Source: Obrimoposthia wandeli
Taxonomy: Eukaryota
DNA: 64,000 nucleotides
Direction: 5' to 3'
Assembly (NCBI GenBank): GCA_977020255.1
Contig: CDROCS010004653.1
Coordinates: 1 to 64,000 of the forward strand
Of this stretch, positions 29,993-38,904 are shown one piece after another. Position 1 is the first letter of the stretch, and each line of letters begins with the position of its first letter. The notes under the pieces were generated by a model. That model saw only the letters and a program-made list of their open reading frames with translations. It searched no databases and had not been told where the DNA came from. Made by a program: the position numbers and the translations under genes.

Positions 29993-31648
29993 ATGAAATA
30001 TGATTTTATTATTATCGGTGCAGGATCCGCCGGTTGCATTCTGGCTGATAGGTTAACGCAATCCGGTAAGTATTCAGTGTTAATTTTAGAAGCTGGCGGC
30101 AAAGATAACAGCCCTTGGATTAAGCTACCGGTAGGTTTCGGCAAAACCTACTACAACCCTCAGTATAATTATATGTATTACAGCGAGCCCGAAAAAGAGC
30201 TAGCTAATCGTAAGTTGTACGCACCTAGAGGGAAGGTTCAAGGTGGCTCAGGTTCTATTAACGCGATGATTTACGTGCGCGGCCAAGCGGCTGATTTTGA
30301 TGGCTGGGCTGCTGCAGGTAACGAGGGATGGTCATACGCTGAAGTATTACCTTTCTTTAAAAAGCTAGAGCGGCACCCCGCTGGAAATACTGCGTTTCAC
30401 GCCGCTGATGGAAAAATGACCATCACTGCGATGCATGATAAAGCGCATAGCCTGTGTCAGCATTATCTACAAGGGGCTGAAGAATCAGGGTTTGAAATCA
30501 ACCACGACTTCAATGGCCAGCATTTTGCGGGAGCGGGTATTTATGAAATTAATGTTCGCAACGGTCAGCGCGATTCTAGTAACACCGCCTACTTAAAACC
30601 CGCATTAAAAAGAAGTAATTTAACTATTTATAGAAATACCGTAGCTGAAAAAATAATTTTTGCAGAAAGCTCTCTTGAATCTAGCGTTTCTCAAGATAAC
30701 CCTTATATAATAAAAAACGCAACAAGTGTACAAATCAGACGTAAAGGCGCACTTGAGATTGTTAGTGCAAACAAAGAAATACTTATAGCCGCCGGTGCCG
30801 TCGATTCACCAAAACTGCTGCAGTTATCGGGTATTGCTGATAGAGCATTATTGGCAAAACACAGTATAGATCAGGTTCAGCACGCACCGGCTGTAGGTCA
30901 AAACCTGCAGGATCACTTATGTGTTAGTTATTATTACCGTGCTAATATCAAAACCCTCAATGACGATTTAGGCTCATTGTTCGGCCAGGCGAAAGCCGGA
31001 TTACAATATGCGATTAATCGCTCGGGCCCCTTATCAATCAGTGTTAATCAGGCAGGTGGGTTTTTTAAAGGCGCAGATGATGAAGCGCAGGCAAACATCC
31101 AACTCTACTTTAATCCCATGTCTTATCAAATACCTAAAGATCCCAAAGCTCAGCTAAAGCCTGATCCTTACTCAGGCTTTCTAGTCGGTTTTAATTCGTG
31201 CAAGCCTACCAGCAAAGGCAGTATTGAACTTAGCTGCGCTGATCCTGCTACCCCGGCATTGATAAAGCCTAACTACTTATCGACAGATAAAGATATTCAA
31301 GAAGTGATACAAGGCAATAAACTGATTCGAAAATTAATGGCATCAACGGCGCTAAAAGCGATTACTGACCAGGAGATAGCACCAGCCGAAGCGGTGACCG
31401 ATGAAGCTTCAATGCTGCAATATTTTCGTGAAAATGCCGGTTCTATCTTCCATTTATGTGGATCTTGCAAGATGGGACCTAACCCAGAGGACAGCGTAGT
31501 GGATAATCGTTTACGTGTCTATGGCGTGAATAGCTTACGAGTGGTCGATGCATCAATCTTCCCAACCATCACCTCTGGCAACATTAATGCGCCGGTAATG
31601 ATGGTCGCTGAAAAAGGCGCGCAGATGATATTAGAAGATAACGCTTGA
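29993..31648 (+). CDS. GMC-family FAD oxidoreductase (choline dehydrogenase-like)
   Basis: GAGSAG, RGKVQGGSGSINAMIYVRG, GQNLQDH, FHLCGSC and GNINAPVMMVAEK motifs. Confidence 0.93.
   Translation: MKYDFIIIGAGSAGCILADRLTQSGKYSVLILEAGGKDNSPWIKLPVGFGKTYYNPQYNYMYYSEPEKELANRKLYAPRGKVQGGSGSINAMIYVRGQAADFDGWAAAGNEGWSYAEVLPFFKKLERHPAGNTAFHAADGKMTITAMHDKAHSLCQHYLQGAEESGFEINHDFNGQHFAGAGIYEINVRNGQRDSSNTAYLKPALKRSNLTIYRNTVAEKIIFAESSLESSVSQDNPYIIKNATSVQIRRKGALEIVSANKEILIAAGAVDSPKLLQLSGIADRALLAKHSIDQVQHAPAVGQNLQDHLCVSYYYRANIKTLNDDLGSLFGQAKAGLQYAINRSGPLSISVNQAGGFFKGADDEAQANIQLYFNPMSYQIPKDPKAQLKPDPYSGFLVGFNSCKPTSKGSIELSCADPATPALIKPNYLSTDKDIQEVIQGNKLIRKLMASTALKAITDQEIAPAEAVTDEASMLQYFRENAGSIFHLCGSCKMGPNPEDSVVDNRLRVYGVNSLRVVDASIFPTITSGNINAPVMMVAEKGAQMILEDNA
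31579..31639 (+). repeat. 61-bp direct repeat, copy 1 (3' end of the GMC gene)
   Basis: CAACATTAATGCGCCGGTAATGATGGTCGCTGAAAAAGGCGCGCAGATGATATTAGAAGAT; 56/61 identical to 33927-33987. Confidence 0.92.
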
Positions 31649-31941
31649 TCACTACGCATAATCCTAAATTCGGCAGTTGAATCACGAAAGTAAGCACAAT
31701 CTCTTGATGCACCTAGAAAACCAGAAAATATTTTCATCACCAATAAGGTGACCACAAAATTTTTTTCCTATGCACACCAATATCTTGCACTTCTTTTCCG
31801 CACTCAATCGCCGAATCTAGGATAATAATCGATGAGGCTAATCCTAAATTGAGCCATTGAATTTAAGGATTATCCGCAACTGCTTATTCATTAAATCATC
31901 TCCTGCTCAGCTATCTAAGCAATACCCCAACCTCTAATAAC

Positions 31942-32841
31942 TTAAATTTTAAGTGTATTAAAGGTGGGTGGTTTTATCTTGCTGAAAATAATTACATTCC
32001 CCGCGATCACTAAACATAAACCGCATAGTGCCATAGAAGACCAAGTGTAATCCTCATAAACAGAGGAGATACTCAAGGCTATAACAGGGAATAAAACAGT
32101 AGAGTAAGCCGCCGCATCTGAGCCAATTCTGCTTACTAGCATTAGATAGGCGGTAAAACCAATCACAGTACCGGGAATTGCCAAATACAACAGAGATACC
32201 AAATAGCTAACATCTTCAACGATAGTGAATTCTACCCCAGTGAACAAACTAATAATTAACAATATAGTGGTACCATAAAACATGCCCCATGCATTTGTGG
32301 TCGGTGGTTTTAAGCCCCGCTTGTGATGCCTTACCGTCAACATATTACCTAGTGAGAAACAATAAGTGCCTGTCACTGCTAGCCCTATACCAACCAGCAA
32401 TTGCTGAAAACTGCTTTGCTGTTGTAATTCAGGCCAAAACAACACACTGATACCTAACAAGCCGATAGTCGCGCCTGCAATTGTTCGCATGTTAGGTTTT
32501 TTTGAGAAGAATACCCACGAATTCCCGATATTTAGAATCGTCGCTAGTGAAAATATGATCGAAACAAGCCCGCTAGATATATAACCTGTCGCTAGATAAA
32601 AGCAGTAAAAGTTTAAGCTAAATAAACAGCCTCCCTGTAAAAAGCAGTAAAAATGATCCCGCTTGGTTAATTGCTGACGTTTATCAAGCAAATGTAACAG
32701 TAAGAACATGACGACAGCGGCTATCGTAAATCGATAAATAATAGATGCTTCAATGGCAACGGCTCCTAACTGGAGCTTTATCGCTATCCAAGTGGTCCCC
32801 CAAATAATGACCGTCAAGGCGTATAAAAATAGGTTAAGCAT
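31942..32841 (-). CDS. DMT/EamA-family transporter
   Basis: 10 TMs, IWGTTWIAIK and GTVIGFTAYLMLVSRIG motifs; probable start 32841 (ORF track 32895). Confidence 0.92.
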   Translation of the reverse strand: MLNLFLYALTVIIWGTTWIAIKLQLGAVAIEASIIYRFTIAAVVMFLLLHLLDKRQQLTKRDHFYCFLQGGCLFSLNFYCFYLATGYISSGLVSIIFSLATILNIGNSWVFFSKKPNMRTIAGATIGLLGISVLFWPELQQQSSFQQLLVGIGLAVTGTYCFSLGNMLTVRHHKRGLKPPTTNAWGMFYGTTILLIISLFTGVEFTIVEDVSYLVSLLYLAIPGTVIGFTAYLMLVSRIGSDAAAYSTVLFPVIALSISSVYEDYTWSSMALCGLCLVIAGNVIIFSKIKPPTFNTLKI

Positions 32842-33053
32842 AATATGGTTTATTCCGTGGTTAATGTAAGCCATATTATGGCAACTTAACCGCACTAGCT
32901 CTGGTAAATACTTGCGCAGTTAGAACGCGAAGAATTAGTTTTTGGTAGATTCTTGCGGTTTTGTTAGTGTTACAGGTGGCCTGCTCGCCTGGGTTTGATT
33001 AACATAGCCCAATCGATTCAGCATTATTAGCACATCATTCAATTGGACAATCA

Positions 33054-33935
33054 ATGCAGCCAACGCCAATAGATTCTCATGATTATTTAGTGTTCCAGCA
33101 ACTAAATGCTTCTAGAGCAAATCTTGAACAAGCCGCCTATTTAGGTGCTGTGTCGACTGCTGTCTGGTCAAATGCAGAAGATTTTGTACAGTATCGCAGC
33201 CCAAAACATCACACGCTTAGCTGCTATTTAGCTGGTGGTTACGATATTAGCCGTCGCCGAGAAGGACTGCGTCTAACAGGTGGTGCCCCTGGAAAAGTGT
33301 GTGTGATGCCTCAAGGGCATGAATCCACTTGGCATGTCTCTGGCTATTTAAGATTCTTTCATTTGTATTTTGATCAAGAAAACCTAGTAAATTTGGCAGC
33401 GCAAATCTGGGATACTGATTATAGAGTACAAATGCCAGATCTGACTTTTGAAAAAATTGCTTGGATAGATGCCTTGTGCCGCAATGTCATCATGCCACTT
33501 GATTGGTCATCACCGGCTGATCGTCTGAATTTAAGTAGTGCCACTGATATGCTGATGATTCACTTATTGCAACACTACGCCCAACAAAACAGTTTACCTC
33601 ATGTTGTCGGCGGACTAGCACCTTATATCAAACGCCAGGTCGTTGAGTATATGCACGAACATTTAGAGCAAGGGGTTAGCCTTGATGAGCTGGCAAAATT
33701 AGCAAACTTAAGCACTTATCACTTCTCTCGCATGTTTAAATACTCATTGGGTGAGCCACCACATCGCTATATGACAGAATTGAGATTACAAAAAGCGCGG
33801 CAATTAATTCTGCAAAGTAATGTTTCATTAAAAAATGTAGCAGCACAGCTAGGTTTTAATGACCAAAGCCACCTGGGGAAAAAATTTAAACAGCGTTTTG
33901 GCGCTAGTCCTGCACAAGCACGCCGTCAACATTAA
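33054..33935 (+). CDS. AraC-family regulator
   Basis: HHTLSCYLAGG cupin-like N-terminus, LANLSTYHFSRMFK and FNDQSHL HTH; divergent from EamA. Confidence 0.93.
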   Translation: MQPTPIDSHDYLVFQQLNASRANLEQAAYLGAVSTAVWSNAEDFVQYRSPKHHTLSCYLAGGYDISRRREGLRLTGGAPGKVCVMPQGHESTWHVSGYLRFFHLYFDQENLVNLAAQIWDTDYRVQMPDLTFEKIAWIDALCRNVIMPLDWSSPADRLNLSSATDMLMIHLLQHYAQQNSLPHVVGGLAPYIKRQVVEYMHEHLEQGVSLDELAKLANLSTYHFSRMFKYSLGEPPHRYMTELRLQKARQLILQSNVSLKNVAAQLGFNDQSHLGKKFKQRFGASPAQARRQH

Positions 33936-33987
33936 TGCGCCGGTAATGATAGCCACTGAAAAAGGTGTGCAGATGATATTAGAAGAT
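33927..33987 (+). repeat. 61-bp direct repeat, copy 2 (orphan GMC 3' end)
   Basis: Reads NINAPVMIATEKGVQMILED followed by YQ*; contains the AraC stop codon. Confidence 0.92.
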
Positions 33988-34263
33988 TATCAATAAGCCT
34001 TTCATGCTAGAGATAATATTACAGAGCTGCTTTTACCTCAGTTTTGTGACTACTTGGCGCAGTGCTTTTGATTGAATAACTGTTACCTCAGGATCTTTTA
34101 CTTCAAAATCACCCCTTCTGGGCTTAGCTTTTTCTTAGCTTATCTCTAAACCCTTCAAAATCAGCAGATACCAATGAGATTGATTCAGGTATACTGCTCG
34201 ATCACGTGCTGTACTGAATAAAAGTTCTTAAAAATCACTATCGTAAAGGTAAATAAATCACAG

Positions 34264-35079
34264 ATGGATGTTAACAATTTGGTACAGCATAAATTGCCGA
34301 TTCAAAGTACTGATAATCGTGCCAAAAAACTAACCATTGGTTTGATTGGCTATGGCAGTTTTGGGGCTTTTTTACATCAATTAGCACAGCGCTTTGTGGC
34401 AGATGCACAAGTCAAAGTATTTTCCGATCAGCACACCCTTGATAATCAAACGTTCTTTGCTTCAGATGAGGTAATCAATTGCGATATAGTCGTGCTCGCT
34501 GTACCTATTAGCGCCTATCGTGACGTATTGACCGCTATCATCCCTAAAATGCGCACACAAAGTGTTTTAGTCGATGTGGCAACAGTCAAAGATCACACTA
34601 TGCAGGTAATCAAAAGTCTATCACCTGCATGTAGCTATATTTCTCTACACCCGATGTTTGGCCCAGAGAGTTATCGCAAGCGTGGTGGCGATCTATCCGG
34701 CTTATGTGTAGTGATGACAGGCCATACTTTAAGCCAACCACAGTATTCGCTATTTAGTCACTTTATCGAACATACTGGGTTACGCTTAGTTGAAAAAACA
34801 GCTCAAGAGCATGACCAAGAATTAGCAGAAACGCTGTTTTTAACCCACTTTATTGGCCAAATAATATCCAAAGGCAATTTCAAACGCACCGAGATAGACA
34901 CCTTATCTTTTGCCTATCTGATGGACTCAGTTGACTCTGTTAAACATGATGATCAGTTATTTAAAGATGTTTGCCGTTTTAATCCTTACTGTTTAGAAGT
35001 GATGCAAAGATTTGATGAAAGTGATCGATTTGTGCGCAACACCATGTTGGGCTTAGAGAGCACTGATGCTATTAAATAA
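34264..35079 (+). CDS. Monofunctional prephenate/arogenate dehydrogenase (TyrA family)
   Basis: GLIGYGSFG, DVATVK, LHPMFGPES and EHD motifs; no chorismate mutase domain. Confidence 0.85.
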   Translation: MDVNNLVQHKLPIQSTDNRAKKLTIGLIGYGSFGAFLHQLAQRFVADAQVKVFSDQHTLDNQTFFASDEVINCDIVVLAVPISAYRDVLTAIIPKMRTQSVLVDVATVKDHTMQVIKSLSPACSYISLHPMFGPESYRKRGGDLSGLCVVMTGHTLSQPQYSLFSHFIEHTGLRLVEKTAQEHDQELAETLFLTHFIGQIISKGNFKRTEIDTLSFAYLMDSVDSVKHDDQLFKDVCRFNPYCLEVMQRFDESDRFVRNTMLGLESTDAIK

Positions 35080-35201
35080 TCATCGCAGCGCTATCTTTTG
35101 ATTTTGCTAAAAGATGGCGCCCATTTAGCAGGATAGCCTCCACTTAAAATGACAGCTTTCTTTTAAAAAAAATCGCGACAAATGTCCTTTAGAATAGCGT
35201 T

Positions 35202-36644
35202 TTATCCTGAAATAACCGCCTTAGTTTCAATATATTCATGCATACCTTGCTCACCCCACTCGCGACCATTTCCCGATTGTTTGTAGCCGCCAAAAGGGGC
35301 ATGTAAAGAAAAGTATCCACCTTGGATGTAACATTGCCCCGCTCTTAAATGCTTGGCTATTTTTAAGGCGCTGGCTTTATCTTTTGCATACACACCTGAT
35401 GACAAACCGTAGTCAGAATCATTGGCTATTTCAATCGCCTGCTCAATGGTTTGATAAGTCATAATACATAGCACTGGGCCGAATATTTCTTCGCGGGCGA
35501 TACGCATATCGTTAGTCACATCGGCAAAAATAGTTGGCTGTATGTAAGTGCCGTTAGTTAAGTCAGCAGGTTGCTTACCGCCAGTAACAAGTAATGCACC
35601 TTCTTGTAAACCTAAATCAATATAACTTAATACTGTCTCTAACTGGCGCTGTGACGCTATCGGGCCCATGGTTGTTTGTGGACTTAGCGGATCTCCTACT
35701 ACTTGCTCTAATGCATACTGCTCAGCCAAAATGAGTGTGCGCGCATATAAATTTTGCGGAATAAGCAAACGTGTTAACGCGTTGCAGGTTTGACCGGTAT
35801 TAGCCATCACATCTTCTACCGCATAGCGAACAGCCGCGGCTAAATCGGCATCTTGGGTAATAATTAAAGCAGATTTTCCGCCTAGTTCTTGGCACACTCG
35901 CTTCACACCGGAAGCAGCGTTTTTAGCCACATCAATGCCCGCCGCAGTAGAACCCGTAAATGAAACCATATCGACTAACGAATGGCTGCTAAGTAGCGGG
36001 CCAATACTTTTACCGGTACCCGTGACTAAATTAAACACACCGGCAGGGAAGCCTATTTTATGTAATATTTCAGCCAGAATGAAATCTTGTAGCGGTGTTT
36101 GCTCAGCAGGTTTAGTAACAATAGTGCAACCTGCTGCAAGGGCTGGCGCTAACTTACCACTGAGTTGATGCAGTGGATAATTCCAAGGATTAATAAACGC
36201 ACAAACCCCAACCGCTTCTTTGAAAATGCTGACATTATCTTGCTCTTCTACCGCTTCCATCGTGTGCGCCAGCTTTGCGTAGTAGCGCATTGCATCAATC
36301 GCTGCATCCACATGAAACGCCCCAGCTAGGTGCTGTGGACAACCCATAGCAACAGTATGTGCCAACACTAAATCATCGTATCGAACCAGCATTTCATCAG
36401 CTATTTTTTCTAACCATGCTGCGCGGGTCGCCGCTGACGTCGTCGACCAACTTTTAAAAGCGCCTTTAGCTGCTAATACCGCCGCTTCAACATCCTGCGC
36501 ATTCGCATCAGGGAAGCTAGCAAAAACTTCTTGTGTCGCGGGGTTAACAGCTTCTAATCTTTGCTCGCTGTGTGGCGTTTGCCATTGCCCATCAATATAT
36601 AAATGCGCAAAGTGAGTAGTGGATAAGTGCATAGAATCTCGCAA
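35202..36644 (-). CDS. NAD-dependent aldehyde dehydrogenase
   Basis: PWNYP, FTGSTAAG, ELGGKS, GQTCNA, EEIFGPV and FGGYKQSGNGRE motifs; probable start 36632. Confidence 0.95.
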   Translation of the reverse strand: MRDSMHLSTTHFAHLYIDGQWQTPHSEQRLEAVNPATQEVFASFPDANAQDVEAAVLAAKGAFKSWSTTSAATRAAWLEKIADEMLVRYDDLVLAHTVAMGCPQHLAGAFHVDAAIDAMRYYAKLAHTMEAVEEQDNVSIFKEAVGVCAFINPWNYPLHQLSGKLAPALAAGCTIVTKPAEQTPLQDFILAEILHKIGFPAGVFNLVTGTGKSIGPLLSSHSLVDMVSFTGSTAAGIDVAKNAASGVKRVCQELGGKSALIITQDADLAAAVRYAVEDVMANTGQTCNALTRLLIPQNLYARTLILAEQYALEQVVGDPLSPQTTMGPIASQRQLETVLSYIDLGLQEGALLVTGGKQPADLTNGTYIQPTIFADVTNDMRIAREEIFGPVLCIMTYQTIEQAIEIANDSDYGLSSGVYAKDKASALKIAKHLRAGQCYIQGGYFSLHAPFGGYKQSGNGREWGEQGMHEYIETKAVISG

Positions 36645-36695
36645 GTGAATTTCCTTTATGTTGAACGGTTAATTGAATCTATATCGAATGTCTCG

Positions 36696-36778
36696 CAACT
36701 CGCAATTTCTAGCTTCTAGTTTCTCTGTAGCTTCTCCCTACCTTCTATCTACCTTCTATCTACCTTCTCTCTAGCTTT
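36696..36778. repeat. Degenerate short tandem repeat, pyrimidine-rich on the + strand
   Basis: TTTCTAG CTTCTAG ... CTTCTATCTAC CTTCTATCTAC CTTCTCTCTAG in the intergenic gap. Confidence 0.55.
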
Positions 36779-36781
36779 ATT

Positions 36782-37774
36782 TTAGCCCTTTGGAATAACT
36801 TCATAGCCCGGCTCTTCAGGTTCATCATCTACCATTTGTGCAGGAAAACCGTCAGCTAGCACTTGTACATCACACGCATCTTCCAAGCGTCTAATTATAT
36901 TTGGTGACCACTCCCTAGCTCCGTAACGTGCTTGCCCATCTTTGAAAATATCGAGGATTAAAGGAGAAAGCTCTAAAGGAACGGCTAAGTCTTTAGCCAG
37001 TGAATCGAAAAGACCCACATCTTTGATAACAAGGTCCATAGTAAAACTGATATCACGGCTGCCGTTTAGAATCACTTGTGACTCGGTTTCATGCACAAAT
37101 GAGTTTCCTGAGGAAATACGAATTGCTTCATAAGTGGTATTCAAATCCATACCCGCTTTCTTCGCGACGGTTAAAGCTTCAGCAAGTGAGCAAAGATTGG
37201 CGGTTGCTAAATAATTAGTGAGTACTTTAAGCACAGAGGCAGACCCCAGCGCACCTGTGTGTAAAACACGTCTGCCCAGAGTTGTTAGCAGGGGTAATAC
37301 CTGATCAAAAACAGCGCGCTCACCACCTGCAAAAATAGCAATATTACCGGTATCTGCACGATGGCAACCGCCCGATACAGGTGTTTCTAGGGCACAAGCT
37401 CCTGTGCTTTCAACAAGTTTAGCCAGCCGTTTAATTTCTGACTCATCTGTAGTGCTCATTTCTAACCATATTTTGCCTTCGCTAAGCCCTGCAATAACAC
37501 CCTCTGGGCCTTGCATCACTTGGGCACAAATGCTCGGGGATGGTAGACAAGTGAAAACCAAATCAACACCTTGAGCCAGCGCTTTAGGTGTATCAGCCCA
37601 TGATGCGCCTTTATCTAGAAACGGCTGTGCAACACTCTTATCTAAATCTAGCACTGTTAAATCGTAGCCGTTGCGCAATAAGCTGCCCGCCAGTTTTGCG
37701 CCTACATTACCCAAACCAATAAAACCTACTTTCATAGCAAAATACTCATCGTTGTAATTAATTGTTTTACGCAC
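36782..37774 (-). CDS. Beta-hydroxyacid dehydrogenase family (NAD(P)-dependent) oxidoreductase
   Basis: GFIGLGNVG, EMSTT, PVSGG and KVLTNYL motifs; probable start 37735. Confidence 0.9.
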   Translation of the reverse strand: MRKTINYNDEYFAMKVGFIGLGNVGAKLAGSLLRNGYDLTVLDLDKSVAQPFLDKGASWADTPKALAQGVDLVFTCLPSPSICAQVMQGPEGVIAGLSEGKIWLEMSTTDESEIKRLAKLVESTGACALETPVSGGCHRADTGNIAIFAGGERAVFDQVLPLLTTLGRRVLHTGALGSASVLKVLTNYLATANLCSLAEALTVAKKAGMDLNTTYEAIRISSGNSFVHETESQVILNGSRDISFTMDLVIKDVGLFDSLAKDLAVPLELSPLILDIFKDGQARYGAREWSPNIIRRLEDACDVQVLADGFPAQMVDDEPEEPGYEVIPKG

Positions 37775-37829
37775 TTAAAATGCTGATGCTTTGGCTAAAA
37801 GATTAAGGATTGACTAGCCTAAAAACAAT

Positions 37830-37863
37830 TCAATTTTTTTTGATGATCGGTAAAAAAAATTGA
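37830..37863. promoter_or_regulatory. Perfect 12-bp inverted repeat, candidate LysR site
   Basis: TCAATTTTTTTT-N10-AAAAAAAATTGA between the divergent dehydrogenase and LysR genes. Confidence 0.5.
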
Positions 37864-37945
37864 TTTCTATTTAGCTGTTAAAAGAGTAGTTTTGCACAAT
37901 CAATCTATGGTTAATTATGTTGTTTAATAACTGTGTTTAATAATT

Positions 37946-38887
37946 ATGTCAAATGAGCATTCAAGTAAGATCAATTTATATTCCCTACCGCCTTTAAAAT
38001 CACTTAAAGGCTTTGAAGCCGCGGCGCGTTTGCTGAGTATTCGCGGTGCCGCTCAAGAGCTAAACCTCACCCATCCTGCGGTTACTCACCAAATACAAAT
38101 ATTGGAAAGCAGCCTCAACGTAAAACTCTTTAGCAAACAAGGCAGAAACATAGTGCTCACCGCTGAAGGGGAAACGTTTTACCCTTATGTCCGCCAAGCA
38201 ATTGAAACGCTGATTAGTGGCACACAAGCCTTGAGTAGAGCGGTGTTATCTAGACCGTTGCGCATCCAAGTATATGTCACTACCTCGATACGCTGGTTAG
38301 CGCCGCGTTTGGCAGACTTTCGGGCTAAATTTCCTGAAATCAATCTACAACTGATGACTTGTAATCTGGGCTGGGAGTTTGATGCAGATAACGCTGATAT
38401 AGGTTTGATTTTTAAAAACCAGCCACTAAAACCACAGTACCACTGGTGTAAATTGTTCGACTCTCAATTATTTCCTGTCTGCAGCCCACAACTGATCAAA
38501 AATCAGCAAGAATTAAACGCCGCTGACTTACTCAATTATCCCCTCATTACTGTCTATACTGAAGGCTGGAGCTGGCAACAATGGTTTAAAGAGTTTTGTA
38601 ATCCAGCCAACATGGAACAGCAACTAAATGCGCATAAATCGATCGTGATCGACACTTTAGCAGTCGCCCTTGAAATGGCCATAAAAGGAGAGGGAATAGC
38701 GCTAGTAAATGGGCCCTCAGCGGATGATGATTTACACTCTGGCCGCTTGATTAAGCCTGTGGATAATGTGGTATCGGGCTTAGGAGAATGGGGCGTTATT
38801 TGTCATAACGATATTAAAGATGACAAGCGAGTGGTGCTATTTATCCAATGGCTCAAAGCAGAAGCGGCCAAACGAAATGAGTGCTAA
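37946..38887 (+). CDS. LysR regulator, GcvA-like
   Basis: LPPLKSLKGFEAAARLLS, RWLAPRLADF and LFPVCSP motifs. Confidence 0.93.
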   Translation: MSNEHSSKINLYSLPPLKSLKGFEAAARLLSIRGAAQELNLTHPAVTHQIQILESSLNVKLFSKQGRNIVLTAEGETFYPYVRQAIETLISGTQALSRAVLSRPLRIQVYVTTSIRWLAPRLADFRAKFPEINLQLMTCNLGWEFDADNADIGLIFKNQPLKPQYHWCKLFDSQLFPVCSPQLIKNQQELNAADLLNYPLITVYTEGWSWQQWFKEFCNPANMEQQLNAHKSIVIDTLAVALEMAIKGEGIALVNGPSADDDLHSGRLIKPVDNVVSGLGEWGVICHNDIKDDKRVVLFIQWLKAEAAKRNEC

Positions 38888-38904
38888 TTACGGCTCTCTC
38901 ACTA

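Noticed and set aside
31678-31690. 13-mer GAATCACGAAAGT also present, inverted, near 3978-3990
   Set aside because: Similarity does not extend on either side; chance is plausible in 64 kb of AT-rich DNA
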